NCBI GenBank assembly: GCA_037379345.1
Contig: CM074521.1
Location: 496,001-560,000 of the forward strand
Length of the DNA: 64,000 nucleotides
Reading direction: 5' to 3'
DNA from: Perna viridis
Taxonomy: Eukaryota
Part shown: one piece after another, positions 63,131 through 64,000 of the stretch
Layout of the letters: every line of letters begins with the position of its first letter
Numbering within the stretch: the first letter of the stretch is position 1
Made by a program: the position numbers and the translations under genes
Notes under the pieces: generated by a model
Databases searched by the model: none
Told to the model about the DNA's origin: nothing
The model's input: only the letters and a program-made list of their open reading frames with translations

Positions 63131-64000
63131 ATGTCTGTCAACCAACAGCGAAAACGCGCCATGAAGCGCCTGATGCAGGATTACGAAGAAATTCAAAGAG
63201 AACCAGTTGAGAACGTGTCAGCAGCTCCATTAGATGAAAACATGTTCGAATGGCATTGCAATTTCAAACATGACGAAATCATATATCATCTACTGTTACT
63301 CTTTACTGAAAAGTACCCTTATGAGAGTCCAAGTGCTGAATTTGTACCTGTCGGTTTGCAGTACAACAGTGGAGCTACAAAACCAGGTAAAAAAGGAACA
63401 AAGGTGTGCTTGAATATATTTTCTGATTTCGCCGACATTCACACAGAATGGAAGGACGAGAAATCTGTAGGCTGGTCACCAGGATACACCGTACAAACTA
63501 TTTTACTAAACGTCGTTGCTTTTCTCGCAGAGACACAGTCGGGTAGGTGTTTTTGGGCTGGAGTCGAAGATTCAAATACGCACAATCTAAAACTTTCCAA
63601 AACATTTAAGTGTGATGATTGTGGTCACACTTACACAAAGCCATTCCCTGCCATTAATGCGGGCAAGCCAGAAAGTACATTGAAAAGACAAACTTCAAAG
63701 AAAGGAAAGAAAGCGGCCGAAAAAGCTGATTCCGCGAAGCCCGTGATCATTGACTATATGTCTAAAGAGAGTTTCCCAATGTCAGTCCCTAAAACTGATG
63801 ACGACCTTTTCGGCTATGGGCTGATTGTTTCTGGTCCAACAAGTCGGCCATCTCTAACAACCCCCTGTGAATTCATGAGAATAGAATCGTACAACGGCAT
63901 GAAGAAGGCAATGGGCACAGTAAAGAGTGTAATGAAAGAAGACGTGAAATATTTCCTCCCGATGTATATACACCCTCCTCATGGTGGGAAAATAAAAGAA
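63131..64000 (+). CDS. Atypical ubiquitin-conjugating enzyme (E2/UBC-fold) domain protein with a long C-terminal extension, 3'-partial (>=290 aa, no intron in view)
   Basis: Uninterrupted 290-codon frame: AMKRLMQDYEEIQREPVENVSAAPLDENMFEWHCN, FTEKYPYESP, VCLNIF (Cys at 63407-63409), GWSPGYTVQTILLNVVAFL, then CDDCGH, a Lys-rich linker and a further domain (LFGYGL...LTTPCEF...FLPMYIHPPH). Absent from the ORF track, probably because it has no stop in the window. Confidence 0.85.
   Translation, partial: MSVNQQRKRAMKRLMQDYEEIQREPVENVSAAPLDENMFEWHCNFKHDEIIYHLLLLFTEKYPYESPSAEFVPVGLQYNSGATKPGKKGTKVCLNIFSDFADIHTEWKDEKSVGWSPGYTVQTILLNVVAFLAETQSGRCFWAGVEDSNTHNLKLSKTFKCDDCGHTYTKPFPAINAGKPESTLKRQTSKKGKKAAEKADSAKPVIIDYMSKESFPMSVPKTDDDLFGYGLIVSGPTSRPSLTTPCEFMRIESYNGMKKAMGTVKSVMKEDVKYFLPMYIHPPHGGKIKE

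Noticed and set aside
28561-64000. Functional cluster of oxidoreductase, WFS1 and E2 (ER stress or ERAD module)
   Set aside because: Adjacency in an animal genome is not evidence of co-function, and nothing in the sequence links them.

Overview
AT-rich, repeat-dense eukaryotic DNA, most likely from a bivalve mollusc (inferred from repeat types and frequent TACATGTA; not verified). Four protein-coding genes can be built by hand, three of them with GT-AG introns and consistent phases. (1) + strand, 5'-truncated FN3/transmembrane/tyrosine-kinase-fold receptor, 10 exons, 3143-20461; its catalytic motifs are substituted (HRD->HRR, DFG->GFG, no alphaC Glu), so it is an intact-frame receptor pseudokinase. 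(2) + strand, 7-exon Gfo/Idh/MocA oxidoreductase (myo-inositol 2-dehydrogenase-like), 28561-37099, 348 aa. (3) - strand, 5-exon wolframin (WFS1), 51342-43442, 799 aa. (4) + strand, atypical ubiquitin-conjugating (E2-fold) ORF with a long C-terminal extension, starting at 63131, running off the window and missed by the ORF track. The rest is mobile and repetitive DNA: nine pieces of one Penelope-like retroelement family sharing a structured 3' end, three tRNA-Leu-derived SINE-like copies (two with a self-complementary leader), LINE 3' fragments, a Ulp1/PHD transposon relic, TIR elements (one 3.6-kb element with a 6-bp TSD carrying a 2.3-kb 21-bp satellite; two opposite-orientation TA-TSD MITEs), an apparently identical 1340-bp tandem duplication and many minisatellites. 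I found no CRISPR, rRNA or functional tRNA. Most short ORFs in the track are repeat artefacts or exon run-ons.
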